A stretch of 64,000 bases of DNA from an uncultured Nitrospinota bacterium (GTDB lineage: Bacteria; Tectomicrobia; Entotheonellia; J063; CAVPRW01): assembly GCA_963707985.1 (NCBI GenBank), contig CAVPRW010000010.1:288001-352000 (forward strand). Direction: 5' to 3'. Below, piece by piece: positions 1-9,418 of the stretch. The stretch's first letter is position 1. Every line of letters begins with the position of its first letter. The notes under the pieces were generated by a model. It made no database searches. It saw only the letters and a program-made list of their open reading frames with translations, and had not been told where the DNA came from. The position numbers and the translations under genes were made by a program.

Positions 1-222
1 GCCTCCTATGAGGGGCGCAGCAGTGGCCCTACGGCCGGCCTCGATGAGCCCCTCCACATGCTCGTAGCGGCGATGCAAGGGGGCATCGAGCGTGGCCTGG
101 CCGAGCATGGGTTCGAAAGTGGCTGGGTGGAACTGAATGAGGCGCTCTTGCACGTCCTCGATCTCCCCACCCCGTTACTATCCTGGCTCAACCGGGAGCC
201 GATCTTCGCTTCGCTCGCATAG
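1..222 (+). CDS. 3' end of an unidentified CDS running in from the window edge
   Basis: Frame +1 is open from base 1 to TAG at 220-222 (ASYEGRSSG...REPIFASLA); no motif recognised. Confidence 0.35.
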   Translation, partial: ASYEGRSSGPTAGLDEPLHMLVAAMQGGIERGLAEHGFESGWVELNEALLHVLDLPTPLLSWLNREPIFASLA

Positions 223-345
223 CCGAAATGCTGTCGTGAGTCACATGGCCTTGGTGTACCTGAGGAAGGATGACTCGGCATGGAGAGGGCGGGTGGGTGT
301 ATCTCTCGTCCTTACTCAACTATGGATTCCGTTATATGTGATACG

Positions 346-480
346 CTACAGGCACCGTTGCGTCAGGTCGCGGGGACTGATGTAGGCGCCCAGATCGCGC
401 TTATAGGTTATGGGGTCGTCTTTGTACAGCGCGATGTCGAGTGGGCGCGGAGCGCCGATGCGCACCATCACTACGCCCAT
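346..480 (-). pseudogene. Fragment resembling the C-terminal part of an NAD-dependent epimerase/dehydratase
   Basis: MGVVMVRIG...GAYISPRDLTQ resembles the 'V.LRIG...W.S.RD..Q' segment of extended SDRs; no N-terminal Rossmann motif. Confidence 0.35.
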
Positions 481-714
481 CTTCCGGCCCGTGGCGAGGT
501 TGCCGCCCATATGCCGTTCCTGACCGCTCGCGTCACGGACATCCATGACTTGGGAGCGGAACATTTAGCGTTGTCGCTGATCACATGGATGTGTATGATG
601 GCACCCAGTCTCGCCCATTATTTCTCAGAGAACACGTACCCGAGAATAGACGATTCATCAGGTGCCCCCTCTAGTTGCCCAGCATACCACTGAAGGGGAT
701 TGATATAAGGAGAC

Positions 715-1608
715 ATGGTGATGGCTGTTCTGCGTGTTATGGCTTCACGGCATTCGGCCTTCTATAGTCCACTCATTGGCGCCATCGCCGGCGGATTTCT
801 CCAGGAGGAGGGGTTTGAAGCAGTTTATTCGCCCCTGCCTGCGGGGAAGGCAGTGGCGCAGCTGCTGACGGCAGGTGAGATCGATGTGGCGCAGTCGGCG
901 GTATCTTCGAGTTGGAGCTTCCTGGAGCAGGGTCAACAGCCCCCGACGGTGCACTTCGCTCAGATCAATGAGCGCGACGGGTTCCTGATCGCCGCTCGCC
1001 GTCCCGATGCGGCATTTTCGTGGGACAAACTGCTGTCAGGTGGATTTATGTTCGTACATGGAGGGCAGCCGCAGGCGATGCTGGCGTATGCGATGCACAA
1101 GCGTGGCGTCGACCTGAAGCAGGTCCAGGGGGTGAACGCTGGCAGTTCGGAGTCGATGATGGCAGCGTGGCGTCGAGGCCAGGGCGAGTATTTTCACGAG
1201 CAGGGGCCATATCCACAACAACTCGAGCACGAGCAGGTAGCGCACATTGTGGCCTCCGTCGGGGAGGTCATCGGTCCTGTGGCGTTCAGTAGCCTGACGG
1301 CGACTCGTGAGTGGTTGCAGCGGCCGGAGGCCACCCGCTTCATGCGGGCATATCGGAAGGCGCGGGAGTGGGTGAACACGGCGCCTGCAGCGGAGATCGC
1401 CAAGGCGGAGCAGTCCTTCTTCCCGCAGGTGGATCAGCGCGCGCTGGCGACCACCATTGCATTCTATCAGCAACTGGGCAACTGGAGCCCACCGGTGACG
1501 ATATCACGCGCCACATACGAGACGGCGCTGGATGTGTTTCAGCACTCGCAGCTGATCACGCGGCGGTACCCGTATGAGCAAGTGGTGGTTGAACCGCCGG
1601 ATGCCTGA
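715..1608 (+). CDS. ABC transporter substrate-binding protein, NMT1/THI5-like
   Basis: 297 aa; AAGGAG RBS; HSAFYSPL..AIAGGFL.EEG N-terminus typical of SsuA/THI5-type binding proteins. Confidence 0.8.
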   Translation: MVMAVLRVMASRHSAFYSPLIGAIAGGFLQEEGFEAVYSPLPAGKAVAQLLTAGEIDVAQSAVSSSWSFLEQGQQPPTVHFAQINERDGFLIAARRPDAAFSWDKLLSGGFMFVHGGQPQAMLAYAMHKRGVDLKQVQGVNAGSSESMMAAWRRGQGEYFHEQGPYPQQLEHEQVAHIVASVGEVIGPVAFSSLTATREWLQRPEATRFMRAYRKAREWVNTAPAAEIAKAEQSFFPQVDQRALATTIAFYQQLGNWSPPVTISRATYETALDVFQHSQLITRRYPYEQVVVEPPDA

Positions 1609-1701
1609 GAAGGTACAGGTCAGAGTATGCCTCAAGGCATTTTCGCCTCGCCAGCTCGGCGCAAATCCGGTCATGTACCCTTGAGGGACGGAGAAGTGCG
1701 T

Positions 1702-2523
1702 ATGTCAGCCATAGAAGTCTGGAAGCAGCGCGTGGCTGCGCATCGTGTGCAATCGCAGAAGATCAGGACAGCCCAGGGCATCACCGAGCTGGACCGCTGG
1801 GAGGTTGTCTCCTCTCTCTTCAAGGCTAACCCGCGACGGGAAGACGACGTTGAAGTCAACCGTCTGGTACGGGAGGTCACTCCTGGCACGACCGTCCTAG
1901 ACGTCGGAGGAGGTGCCGGGAGGTTCGCCCTGCCCTTAGCGCTGCGCTGCCAGCATGTTACGGTGGTAGAGCCGTCACCAAGCATGGGGGAGAACCTCCG
2001 TCAAATCGCAACGGAGGCGCAGATCGATAATGTCAGCCTGGTGCCGAAGCGGTGGGAAGAGGCTGAAGCAGAACCAGCCGATGTTGTGCTCTCGGCCCAC
2101 GTTATCTACATGATCGAGGATATCCGGGCCTTTGTCGAGAGGCTGGTTGCCCACGCGCGCCAAAAGCTACTCTTGCTCATGTTCATGCGACCTCCCCTAG
2201 CCCGCTATGCGCCCTTCTGGCGCTTGGTGCACGGTGAGGATAAACACGAGCTGCCCGGGGCCGGGGAATTGATGCAGGTGCTTTGGGAAATGGGCATCTA
2301 TCCAGACCTCGAGATGTTCGAGCCCAGCCCCTCCAGAGCTTTTAAGGATTGGCAAGAGGCGCTGGATACCACCAGACGACGCATCCACGTCATGCCGGAT
2401 ACCGCAGAGGATGCACGGCTTCAGCAGGCCCTGTGCGAGTTACTCACCGCAACACCTGGCGGTCATGGCATACAGGGAGCTACACCCGAGCAACTGGCAT
2501 TGATCTCATGGCGGCCAGCATAG
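1702..2523 (+). CDS. Class I SAM-dependent methyltransferase
   Basis: VLDVGGGAGRFA motif I, VTVVEPS motif II, DVVLSAHVIY. Confidence 0.85.
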   Translation: MSAIEVWKQRVAAHRVQSQKIRTAQGITELDRWEVVSSLFKANPRREDDVEVNRLVREVTPGTTVLDVGGGAGRFALPLALRCQHVTVVEPSPSMGENLRQIATEAQIDNVSLVPKRWEEAEAEPADVVLSAHVIYMIEDIRAFVERLVAHARQKLLLLMFMRPPLARYAPFWRLVHGEDKHELPGAGELMQVLWEMGIYPDLEMFEPSPSRAFKDWQEALDTTRRRIHVMPDTAEDARLQQALCELLTATPGGHGIQGATPEQLALISWRPA

Positions 2524-2657
2524 TTGGCCCTGCGGCGAACCAGCGTCTGGAGAGTGCACGCAGACCACCAATGGCGCTGCGCGCCAGCCATGATGGTCGA
2601 CGCATCTTGTACCGGTATGCACTAAGGTGTGATTGAGGCAAGCGCCTCTTCCCACAG

Positions 2658-3158
2658 TTACAGAAACAACACGTTGGAGGCCTCGTCCGCTGTTGGTATT
2701 TCAACAGATGCTCCGAGCTTATGACGAATCCGCCAGTATTCTTCTTCACTGCAACCTCGTTCCTGCAACCAGCGCGATGGAGAGTCCCAGGCACCAGTAC
2801 ACCATACAATGGTGACGCGTATGCCAGGTACAACTGAATGCGCGACATCCTGCCAAAACAAACGTCGAGCTTTCGTCAAGTTTGTTGCATCAATTGCCAG
2901 GCTGTGTCCTGCTTGCAATAACATGATCACTGCTTGCTGCACCAATGACCATACAATAGGCTCGAGTATGGCGTAGTCGCCGTTTTGATCATCCCGAGGA
3001 TAAATGCCTGCATTCAATGCCAGGCGCATCGTATCCGAGGAGACCACAAAGGTACCCCGGTCCGCTTTGAGCCGTTTCGCATAGGTAGACTTTCCACTCC
3101 CAGGAAGCCCAGCTAAGATAAACAATTCTTGCCGACCACACTTCTCTAACACCTGCAC
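2658..3158 (-). CDS. AAA_33-like P-loop kinase/ATP-binding protein
   Basis: ILAGLPGSGKST Walker A, VSSD..R, IDATNL; start codon uncertain; lower GC than flanks. Confidence 0.8.
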   Translation of the reverse strand: MQVLEKCGRQELFILAGLPGSGKSTYAKRLKADRGTFVVSSDTMRLALNAGIYPRDDQNGDYAILEPIVWSLVQQAVIMLLQAGHSLAIDATNLTKARRLFWQDVAHSVVPGIRVTIVWCTGAWDSPSRWLQERGCSEEEYWRIRHKLGASVEIPTADEASNVLFL

Positions 3159-3243
3159 CCCTCACGTCGCGGTAGCGTGCGGACAGAGCCTTGACCCAGC
3201 AGATAACAGACCTGACCCCTATGACCTGGAGCGACAAGTAACC

Positions 3244-3302
3244 GCCGAACGCGCAAGCTAAGCGGCACGGGTTACCGCGTCCGCTTGAGCGCTTTGTTAG
3301 CC
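3244..3302 (-). mobile_element. Integron attC site (59-base element)
   Basis: Minus strand GGCTAAC-AAAGCGCTCAAGCGGACGCGGTAACCCGTGCCGCTTAGCTTGCGC-GTTCGGC: inverse core, paired inner arms, core, 59 bp, at the 3' end of higA. Confidence 0.85.
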
Positions 3303-3577
3303 GTAAGCCTTGACACTTGCCTTTGAGGCCGATTTACCGAAAGGTCATGATTGATTTGGAGGTTCAACCAAAACTCAGGGGTGGTACCCAATGCCTGAGA
3401 CAACAACCACGACGTTTCGGGGGAAACCCCACGCTTACCCCGCACGATTTCGTTAATACGCTGCACCGGCACGCCGATATGCTCGGCCAGCGCACGCTGC
3501 GTTTGGCCGAGTGGCTCGAGAAACTCCTTTAACAGAATTATGCCTGGATGGGTGGCAATACGGTTCTGAGACAACAT
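3272..3577 (-). CDS. higA: HigA family antitoxin (HTH_3)
   Basis: THPGIILLKEFLEPLG.TQ..LA..IGV...RINEIVRGKRGVSPE....L...LGTTPEFWLNLQ. Confidence 0.93.
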   Translation of the reverse strand: MLSQNRIATHPGIILLKEFLEPLGQTQRALAEHIGVPVQRINEIVRGKRGVSPETSWLLSQALGTTPEFWLNLQINHDLSVNRPQRQVSRLTANKALKRTR

Positions 3578-3597
3578 AAGACTTCTCCACGACCAAA

Positions 3598-3888
3598 CTA
3601 ATGGTAATCGGCAATTCTTACTTCATGCGCTTCCGAGGCATGCCAACGGAAAATAATACGCCACTGATTGTTGATGCGGATGCTGTAAAAGCCACGAAGA
3701 TCGCCACGCAATGCCTCAAGGCGATTACCTGGCGGAGAACGCAAATCTTCGAGCACGTGGGCAGCGTTGAGCACGTCCTGCTTCACAAGCGCTGCCTCCA
3801 CGATATTCGCTGGAAACCGCCTTACGCGGCTACTTCAAACACCATGGAAGAGATCTTCCGTCGCACGATCTCCAAAGGATATGATCAT
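3598..3888 (-). pseudogene. higB: HigB (RelE/killer family) toxin with in-frame TGA at codon 18
   Basis: [25 protein letters not shown]...[35 protein letters not shown]; stop at 3835-3837. Confidence 0.88.
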
Positions 3889-3894
3889 GCACGG

Positions 3895-3923
3895 ATTTTA
3901 GTGCATTTACGGATACCGTGCAA
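3895..3923 (-). promoter_or_regulatory. sigma70-type promoter of higBA, probably leaderless
   Basis: TTGCAC-N17-TAAAAT ending 6 nt before the higB ATG; no Shine-Dalgarno. Confidence 0.6.
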
Positions 3924-3975
3924 TCGAGATGGAAGCGGCTAACCATTGATAGACAGGCAGTTTTGCCCTGATAAT

Positions 3976-5465
3976 GGCTCTTGGCCACTTTTGGTGACGA
4001 ATTTCGCTGTGGCCACTCACGGTGTCTATTGAGTGAAAAACAATGGTTGCTCAGGCATGGAGGCGATGGTCATCGGTGACATTTTTGACTCGTTGGCTGC
4101 CCAATACTCCCCTCCTCCACCTCGACGCCTGGCACATGGACGACACCGCCACCCAGCTCACGTTGCAGCTGACCTCGACCCAGGCCCTGGTGCATGGTCC
4201 GCTCTGCCGGTTTCCGACGCGGCGGGTCCAGCGTCGCGAGGGCCGCAGGGTGCTGGATCGGCCTTGGGGCCCATGGCGCGTTGTGCTCCACCTGCAGGTG
4301 CGAACGGTCTTCTGCGCCAATGGCCGCTGCCCCCGGCGCATCTTGACCGAGCGGCTGGCTCCGTTGATCGCGCCGGGGGCTCGACGCACGCCGCGGCTCG
4401 TGCAGGGGTTCGTGCACATCGCCGTGGCGCGGGCGGGCTCGGCCGGGGCCCGCCGAAGCCGTGGCTTGGGCCTCCCCGTCAGTCGCACCACCCTCCTGCG
4501 CCTGCGGCGTCGTGTGCCCCTCCCGGATGTGGCCACCCCCCGGGGGCTTGGTGTCGACGACTGGGCCATGCGGAAGGGTCGGACCTCGGGGACCATCATG
4601 AGTGATCTCGAGCGGCATCGAGCCCTCGCCCTTCTGCCCGATCGGGAGGCCCAGACGGTGGCCTGATGGTGGCCGGCGCCTCCTGGCGTCCGCGTGATCG
4701 CCCGGGATCGGTCCAGCGCCTCTGCGGATGGAGCCCGACACGGTGCTCCCGACGCGATCCGGGTCGCGGACCGCGTTCACCGCTGGCAGCACCTGGCCGA
4801 AGCCCTCGACCAGGTGTTTCACGCGCCTGGTCCATTCCTCGAGGCCGTCCATGAGACCCTCCGCCAGGCGCCGGTCACGCTGCCCGACGGCACGCGGGCG
4901 GTGCCGGTCCCCCCCCAGCGCCGCCAAGGAACGCCCAGGAGCTCGCGAACCAACGGCCGGCGCAGCGGCTGGCGCGCCGGCCGCAGATCGGGGCCGACCA
5001 CCGTCAGGGGTGGCCGGGGTGGGCCATGGCCCCGCCGCTGGGGGTTGGCAAGCATACCGTGGTGCGTGATCTCCGGACGGAGACCTGCCCCGCGCGTCAG
5101 CGTCGGACGGACCGCGGCCGCCCTCTCCTCACGCCCTCCACCTTCTCGCTCCTCGACCGCTGGAACGCCGGTTGTCGTGACGCCTGGCGACGGTTTCGCG
5201 AGTGCCAACAGCGGGGTGATCCCGGAGCTCGGCCACGGTCGCCCGCGAGGCGCCGCGTCTGCGCCACGCCCAAGGGTGGACATCCCGGCAACGGCGACCA
5301 CGCCATCCCCTGCCGGTCGTGACCACACGCCGCCCCGCGCCTTGACCCCGCGCCGGGCCACCTGGCTGGTCCGGCGGCGGCCGGAGACGCAGGACGCACA
5401 CGACGCGGCGCAGATCGCCCAGCTGCAAGCCCAGCATCCCGAGCTGGCCGCCGCCATTATCTGAG
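3976..5465 (+). mobile_element. ISL3-family element, degenerate and 3'-truncated transposase
   Basis: Left end GGCTCTTGG...; CANGRCPRRI.TERL, LGVDDWAMRKGR, DLERHR...LLPDRE, IARDRS, VADR.H...HL motifs, with stops and frameshifts. Confidence 0.85.
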
Positions 5466-5821
5466 CCCAGGATTTTGCCCGATGCCCAGCCCCAGAATTC
5501 CCCCCGCCACGACGACGAGCGGGAGCGGCTGGCGATCAAGCCATGTGGCAGCCTTGGATGCGAACCGGGGTGATTTTGGCATGGCTCTGTCAGCTCGGGA
5601 CTTCTCGCCCAATCCTCGACTATGTCGTACTGCGGGGCATGGTATAATACAGATCGATGATCCATTTAGGGGGTGCGCAATCTCGCGCCTGTAATCCCTC
5701 AGCCACAGCGAGAGAAGTCCTCCCCTGAGATCGCCTGCCACACACCAGGGCGAAGGCGAGACATGCGGCCAGCGGCGCTCCATGAACCAGCACCACGGAT
5801 AATTGCCAGAGGGAGGTTTGT

Positions 5822-6406
5822 ATGGCAGATAATCCCGACACCATCACGACGCCCCAAGCGGCCATGACCCCGGTGGGGATTAACCACCTTGTCTTGAACG
5901 TTCGCAATATGGACGAGTCGCACACATTCTGGACGGAGATTATGGGCTTCAAGCAGGTCGGCGAGCTCCACCCGCGTCCGGACGTGCAGCGGCCCAACAT
6001 GCGCTTTTACAGTGGCGACCACAACGGCAAGCTCAACCACCATGACCTTGCACTCGTGGAAATGCCCACCCTGCCCCCGCCGCCGCCATGGAGTATGTCC
6101 GACAGCCCCCTGGCGATCAACCACATTGCCATTGCCTTGCCGAGCCGTGAAGCCTGGCTCCAGCAGTTGGCATTCCTGCAAAGCAGAGGAGTCCCATTCC
6201 ACAGGCGCGTCAACCACGGCATGACGCACAGCGTCTACATCAACGACCCGAACGGCTATGGCATCGAGGTGCTGTACGAGCTGCCGCGCGAGGTGTGGGA
6301 AGGTGACATCGACGCCGCGTTGAACTATGCCGAGCGTCTTCCCACCGAAGGCGAGGCAGCCTTGGTGGACGACCCGCAAAGCGTGCCGGTGTTCGGCAAG
6401 CCCTAA
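5822..6406 (+). CDS. VOC/glyoxalase family protein
   Basis: INHLVLNVR, HHDLAL, INHIAI, SVYINDPNGYGIEV; GGAGG RBS. Confidence 0.9.
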   Translation: MADNPDTITTPQAAMTPVGINHLVLNVRNMDESHTFWTEIMGFKQVGELHPRPDVQRPNMRFYSGDHNGKLNHHDLALVEMPTLPPPPPWSMSDSPLAINHIAIALPSREAWLQQLAFLQSRGVPFHRRVNHGMTHSVYINDPNGYGIEVLYELPREVWEGDIDAALNYAERLPTEGEAALVDDPQSVPVFGKP

Positions 6407-6478
6407 TCATGGGGTCATTCCGGCGGCGCGTCGATCGTGCAAATCGTCGGCGCGCCGTGTTTCTCCTCTGCAATATCC

Positions 6479-7291
6479 CTAGTAATACACCGAGCGCCCC
6501 GCCCCACCGGTGGCAACGATGAGCTCACCGCTGATCGCCCAGGCCTTGTCGGACGCCAGGAACGCCGTCACGGTGGCGATTTCCGACGCATCCACCATAC
6601 GGCAGATGGCATTGCCACGTGGAGAGTCAGGGGCGAAGTCGCGCCGTTCGACCTCCTCGGGAGAGATGCCCAGCTCGGCGGCACGGGTGGCCAGCAAGCT
6701 TGGGGTGCGCTCGGTGCGGGTAGTGCCGGGGTGCACGCAGTTGACCGTGATCCCATAGCGGCCCAACTGCACCGCCAGCGTCTTGGTGAAGTGCACGAGG
6801 GACACATTGCGCGCCCCACCGCTGAGGTTTCCGGCGTTGCGGGCGTTGGTGCCGCTGATGTTGACGATGCGACCCCAGCCCTGCTCCTTCAAGTAGGGGA
6901 TAGCGGCGCGGGCGCAGCGTAACGCCCCCATATATTTCACGTCGAAATCGGTGAGCAAATCCTCGTCTTTGAGGGTGTCGATGGGTCCAGTGGCCGTACC
7001 TCCAGGGTAGGAACCGCTGTTCACCAGAATGTGCAGGCCGCCTAACTGTTGGGCCGCCTCAGCGACCATACGATCCACCTGCTCCCGGCTGCTCACATCG
7101 GCCGGCAGCGGGATCACGCGCCGTCCGGTCTCTGCTGCCAATTCCTGAGCGGCCTGCTCCAAGGTCTCTTTGGTGCGCGCCGCAATGACCACGTCAGCCC
7201 CTTCACGAGCCAACTCCTGGGCGATGGCCTTGCCAATTCCCCGGCTCCCCCCGACGACGATCGCATGCTTGCCCTGCAGTCCAAGGTCCAT
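6479..7291 (-). CDS. Short-chain dehydrogenase/reductase
   Basis: VGGSRGIG, ILVNS, GRIVNISG, ITVNCVHPG; the usual YxxxK motif appears as GGARN. Confidence 0.9.
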   Translation of the reverse strand: MDLGLQGKHAIVVGGSRGIGKAIAQELAREGADVVIAARTKETLEQAAQELAAETGRRVIPLPADVSSREQVDRMVAEAAQQLGGLHILVNSGSYPGGTATGPIDTLKDEDLLTDFDVKYMGALRCARAAIPYLKEQGWGRIVNISGTNARNAGNLSGGARNVSLVHFTKTLAVQLGRYGITVNCVHPGTTRTERTPSLLATRAAELGISPEEVERRDFAPDSPRGNAICRMVDASEIATVTAFLASDKAWAISGELIVATGGAGRSVYY

Positions 7292-7828
7292 GATGTTCCC
7301 TCCGTGTGTTGTCATGTATGAAAGGCGGCGTAGCTCTCACCTAACCCTCCTCCACAAGGGTAGATGGCCAGAGTGATGGTGAAATCTTGGCGCACAACCC
7401 TATGCGTGTACCCCCGCACCGGCATGTGTTGCGAAAAAGTCAAGAATGCGATCGCGTATGTGGTCTGGGGCTTGCGATTCGAGATGCACGTCCCAGTAGT
7501 CAGCACCAGGGATCCACTCTTCCAGGTACCGGGCGCATGAGGTCGCATGAGAATCGGTATGGCCCGGGAGAATCAGGGTCGGGAGGTTGCCAGCGCGTCC
7601 ATGCTATCACAATTGCGTCTTGCGGCATAGACCGGACTAGAAAGACCTAGATCGAGAAGCCCGCCGGTCATGGCCAGCTCAGGGCCCTCGGCCGATGGCA
7701 AGATTTTGCGGCCCATGGAGTAGAGGGACGGCAGGTTTTGGAGTATGATAGCTGGCGATCGAGGGAATTTTGGTCCTCACCGGCGTCGCGCTAACATCCT
7801 TCTCGATGCGAAAGCATGAAAGGCGAGC

Positions 7829-9163
7829 ATGAAGCAGGCACAGGTAGAAGAGGCGCCCGTTCGTAAACATACACGTCTGTTCTATGGCTGGTGGATCGTT
7901 ATTGTAGGCTGTATCCTGGATGCCGTGAAGGGTGGTACATTCAACTCTGGGTTCTCCCTGTATTTCCTGCCTGTCCTCACCGAGCTGAATCTCAGTCGGG
8001 CCGCCACCTCCCTCCCGTTCTCCCTGGCAAAGCTCGAGTCCGCCCTGCAAGGCCCACTCATTGGGTATCTCATCGATCGCTTTGATTTGCGGGTCATGCT
8101 GGTCTCGGGGACCATTTTGGCCGGAGGGGGGTTTATCCTGCTGTCCTTCACACACAGCTATCTCACCTTCCTCCTGGTGTTTATGGGTCTTCTCAGTCTG
8201 GGGTTTCAGGCTGGCTTCAACCATGCCACGATGGCGGCTGTGAACCATTGGTTCCTGCGCAAGCGGGGAGTGGCCATGTCCATCGTCCAGACCGGCCAGG
8301 CGCTCGGTGGGGTCCTGATCTTCCCCCTGGTGGCCCTCGCCGTCCTGAAACTCGGCTGGCGTTCCGCCGCGTTCCTCTCCGGCATCGGCGTGCTGGCGAT
8401 GGTGCCTCTGGTCCTGGTGGTCCGTCGCTCCCCAGAGAGTATGGGCTTGCTGCCGGACGGCGAACCGCGAGCCAGGCGCGATCCATCAGCCGTCGTGACC
8501 AGTCGCGTGCGGCGGCTCCGAGAGCCGGAGGAGTTTACCGCCAGGGAGGCCTTCAGGACGCCGGCTTTCTGGCTAGTGGCCGCCTTCCACGGCTTGCGCA
8601 ACATTCCTTACGCAGGGGTGTCGGTGCACCTGGTGCCACTGCTCGTCTGGAAGGGGTTGGACGAGCATACGGCGGCGTTCTTCGTGGGATTGACAGCTTT
8701 CTGCGCTGTCATCGTCCGGCCCCTGACCGGGTGGATGGGAGACCGCTGGTCGAAGCAGAACATCGGTGCTATGGGGGTGATGCTGGGCGGACTGGGGCTT
8801 GTCGTGCTCGTGTGCAGCAATGGCGCACTCTGGACCATCGTTCTCTTCGCATTCTTGTCTTCATTTGCTGATGGCGTCAATTCTGTGACCTGGGCATTGG
8901 TCGGAGACTTTTTCGGCCGCAACCATTTCGCCTCGATCCGTGGTTGGATGGGCACGATTCAAAGCGTTGTGGCGATGCCAGGAGCAGTATTCACCGGCTG
9001 GATCTATGACCAGACACATAGCTATACCTATGCGGTGATTCCATTTATCTTTATCTACGCGCTGGCTGGCCTGGCATTGTGGCAGGCGCCTCGACCTAGA
9101 AAGCCACAGGGTGTGGACATCCCTGTAGGACAAGCGATGGACATCCAACCATCCCGGCCTTGA
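7829..9163 (+). CDS. MFS transporter
   Basis: About 12 hydrophobic segments; FYGWWIV; GYLIDRFD and GWMGDRWS motif A copies. Confidence 0.92.
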   Translation: MKQAQVEEAPVRKHTRLFYGWWIVIVGCILDAVKGGTFNSGFSLYFLPVLTELNLSRAATSLPFSLAKLESALQGPLIGYLIDRFDLRVMLVSGTILAGGGFILLSFTHSYLTFLLVFMGLLSLGFQAGFNHATMAAVNHWFLRKRGVAMSIVQTGQALGGVLIFPLVALAVLKLGWRSAAFLSGIGVLAMVPLVLVVRRSPESMGLLPDGEPRARRDPSAVVTSRVRRLREPEEFTAREAFRTPAFWLVAAFHGLRNIPYAGVSVHLVPLLVWKGLDEHTAAFFVGLTAFCAVIVRPLTGWMGDRWSKQNIGAMGVMLGGLGLVVLVCSNGALWTIVLFAFLSSFADGVNSVTWALVGDFFGRNHFASIRGWMGTIQSVVAMPGAVFTGWIYDQTHSYTYAVIPFIFIYALAGLALWQAPRPRKPQGVDIPVGQAMDIQPSRP

Positions 9164-9418
9164 ACCCATACGGGGATGCTGGCCATTCTGGAGGAGGTCG
9201 CGGCCCCAGATGGCGCTGCTGGCACCTCAGCGTCGTCATCGCGGCGGGTGCAGCTCCAAGTTGGTGCCCCGTTGGCCGGAGGCACATAGGAAGGAGAAAG
9301 ACAGACACTGCTGACGATACGGGACGCGTTCATGGTACCATACTGCCGGTAACCCCGAGACGTGCAGTGGTCCCACTACCGGGCTTCATCGAGAACTTTC
9401 ACAACTGGAACCTAGAGC

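Noticed and set aside
3835..3837. Selenocysteine or recoded TGA in higB
   Set aside because: The position is not a Cys site in HigB, no SECIS-like hairpin is evident, and other genes here use TGA as stop.
5566..5590. GGTGATTTTGGCATGGCTCT as the ISL3 right end
   Set aside because: Its orientation and sequence do not form an inverted repeat of the left end; the element appears 3'-truncated.
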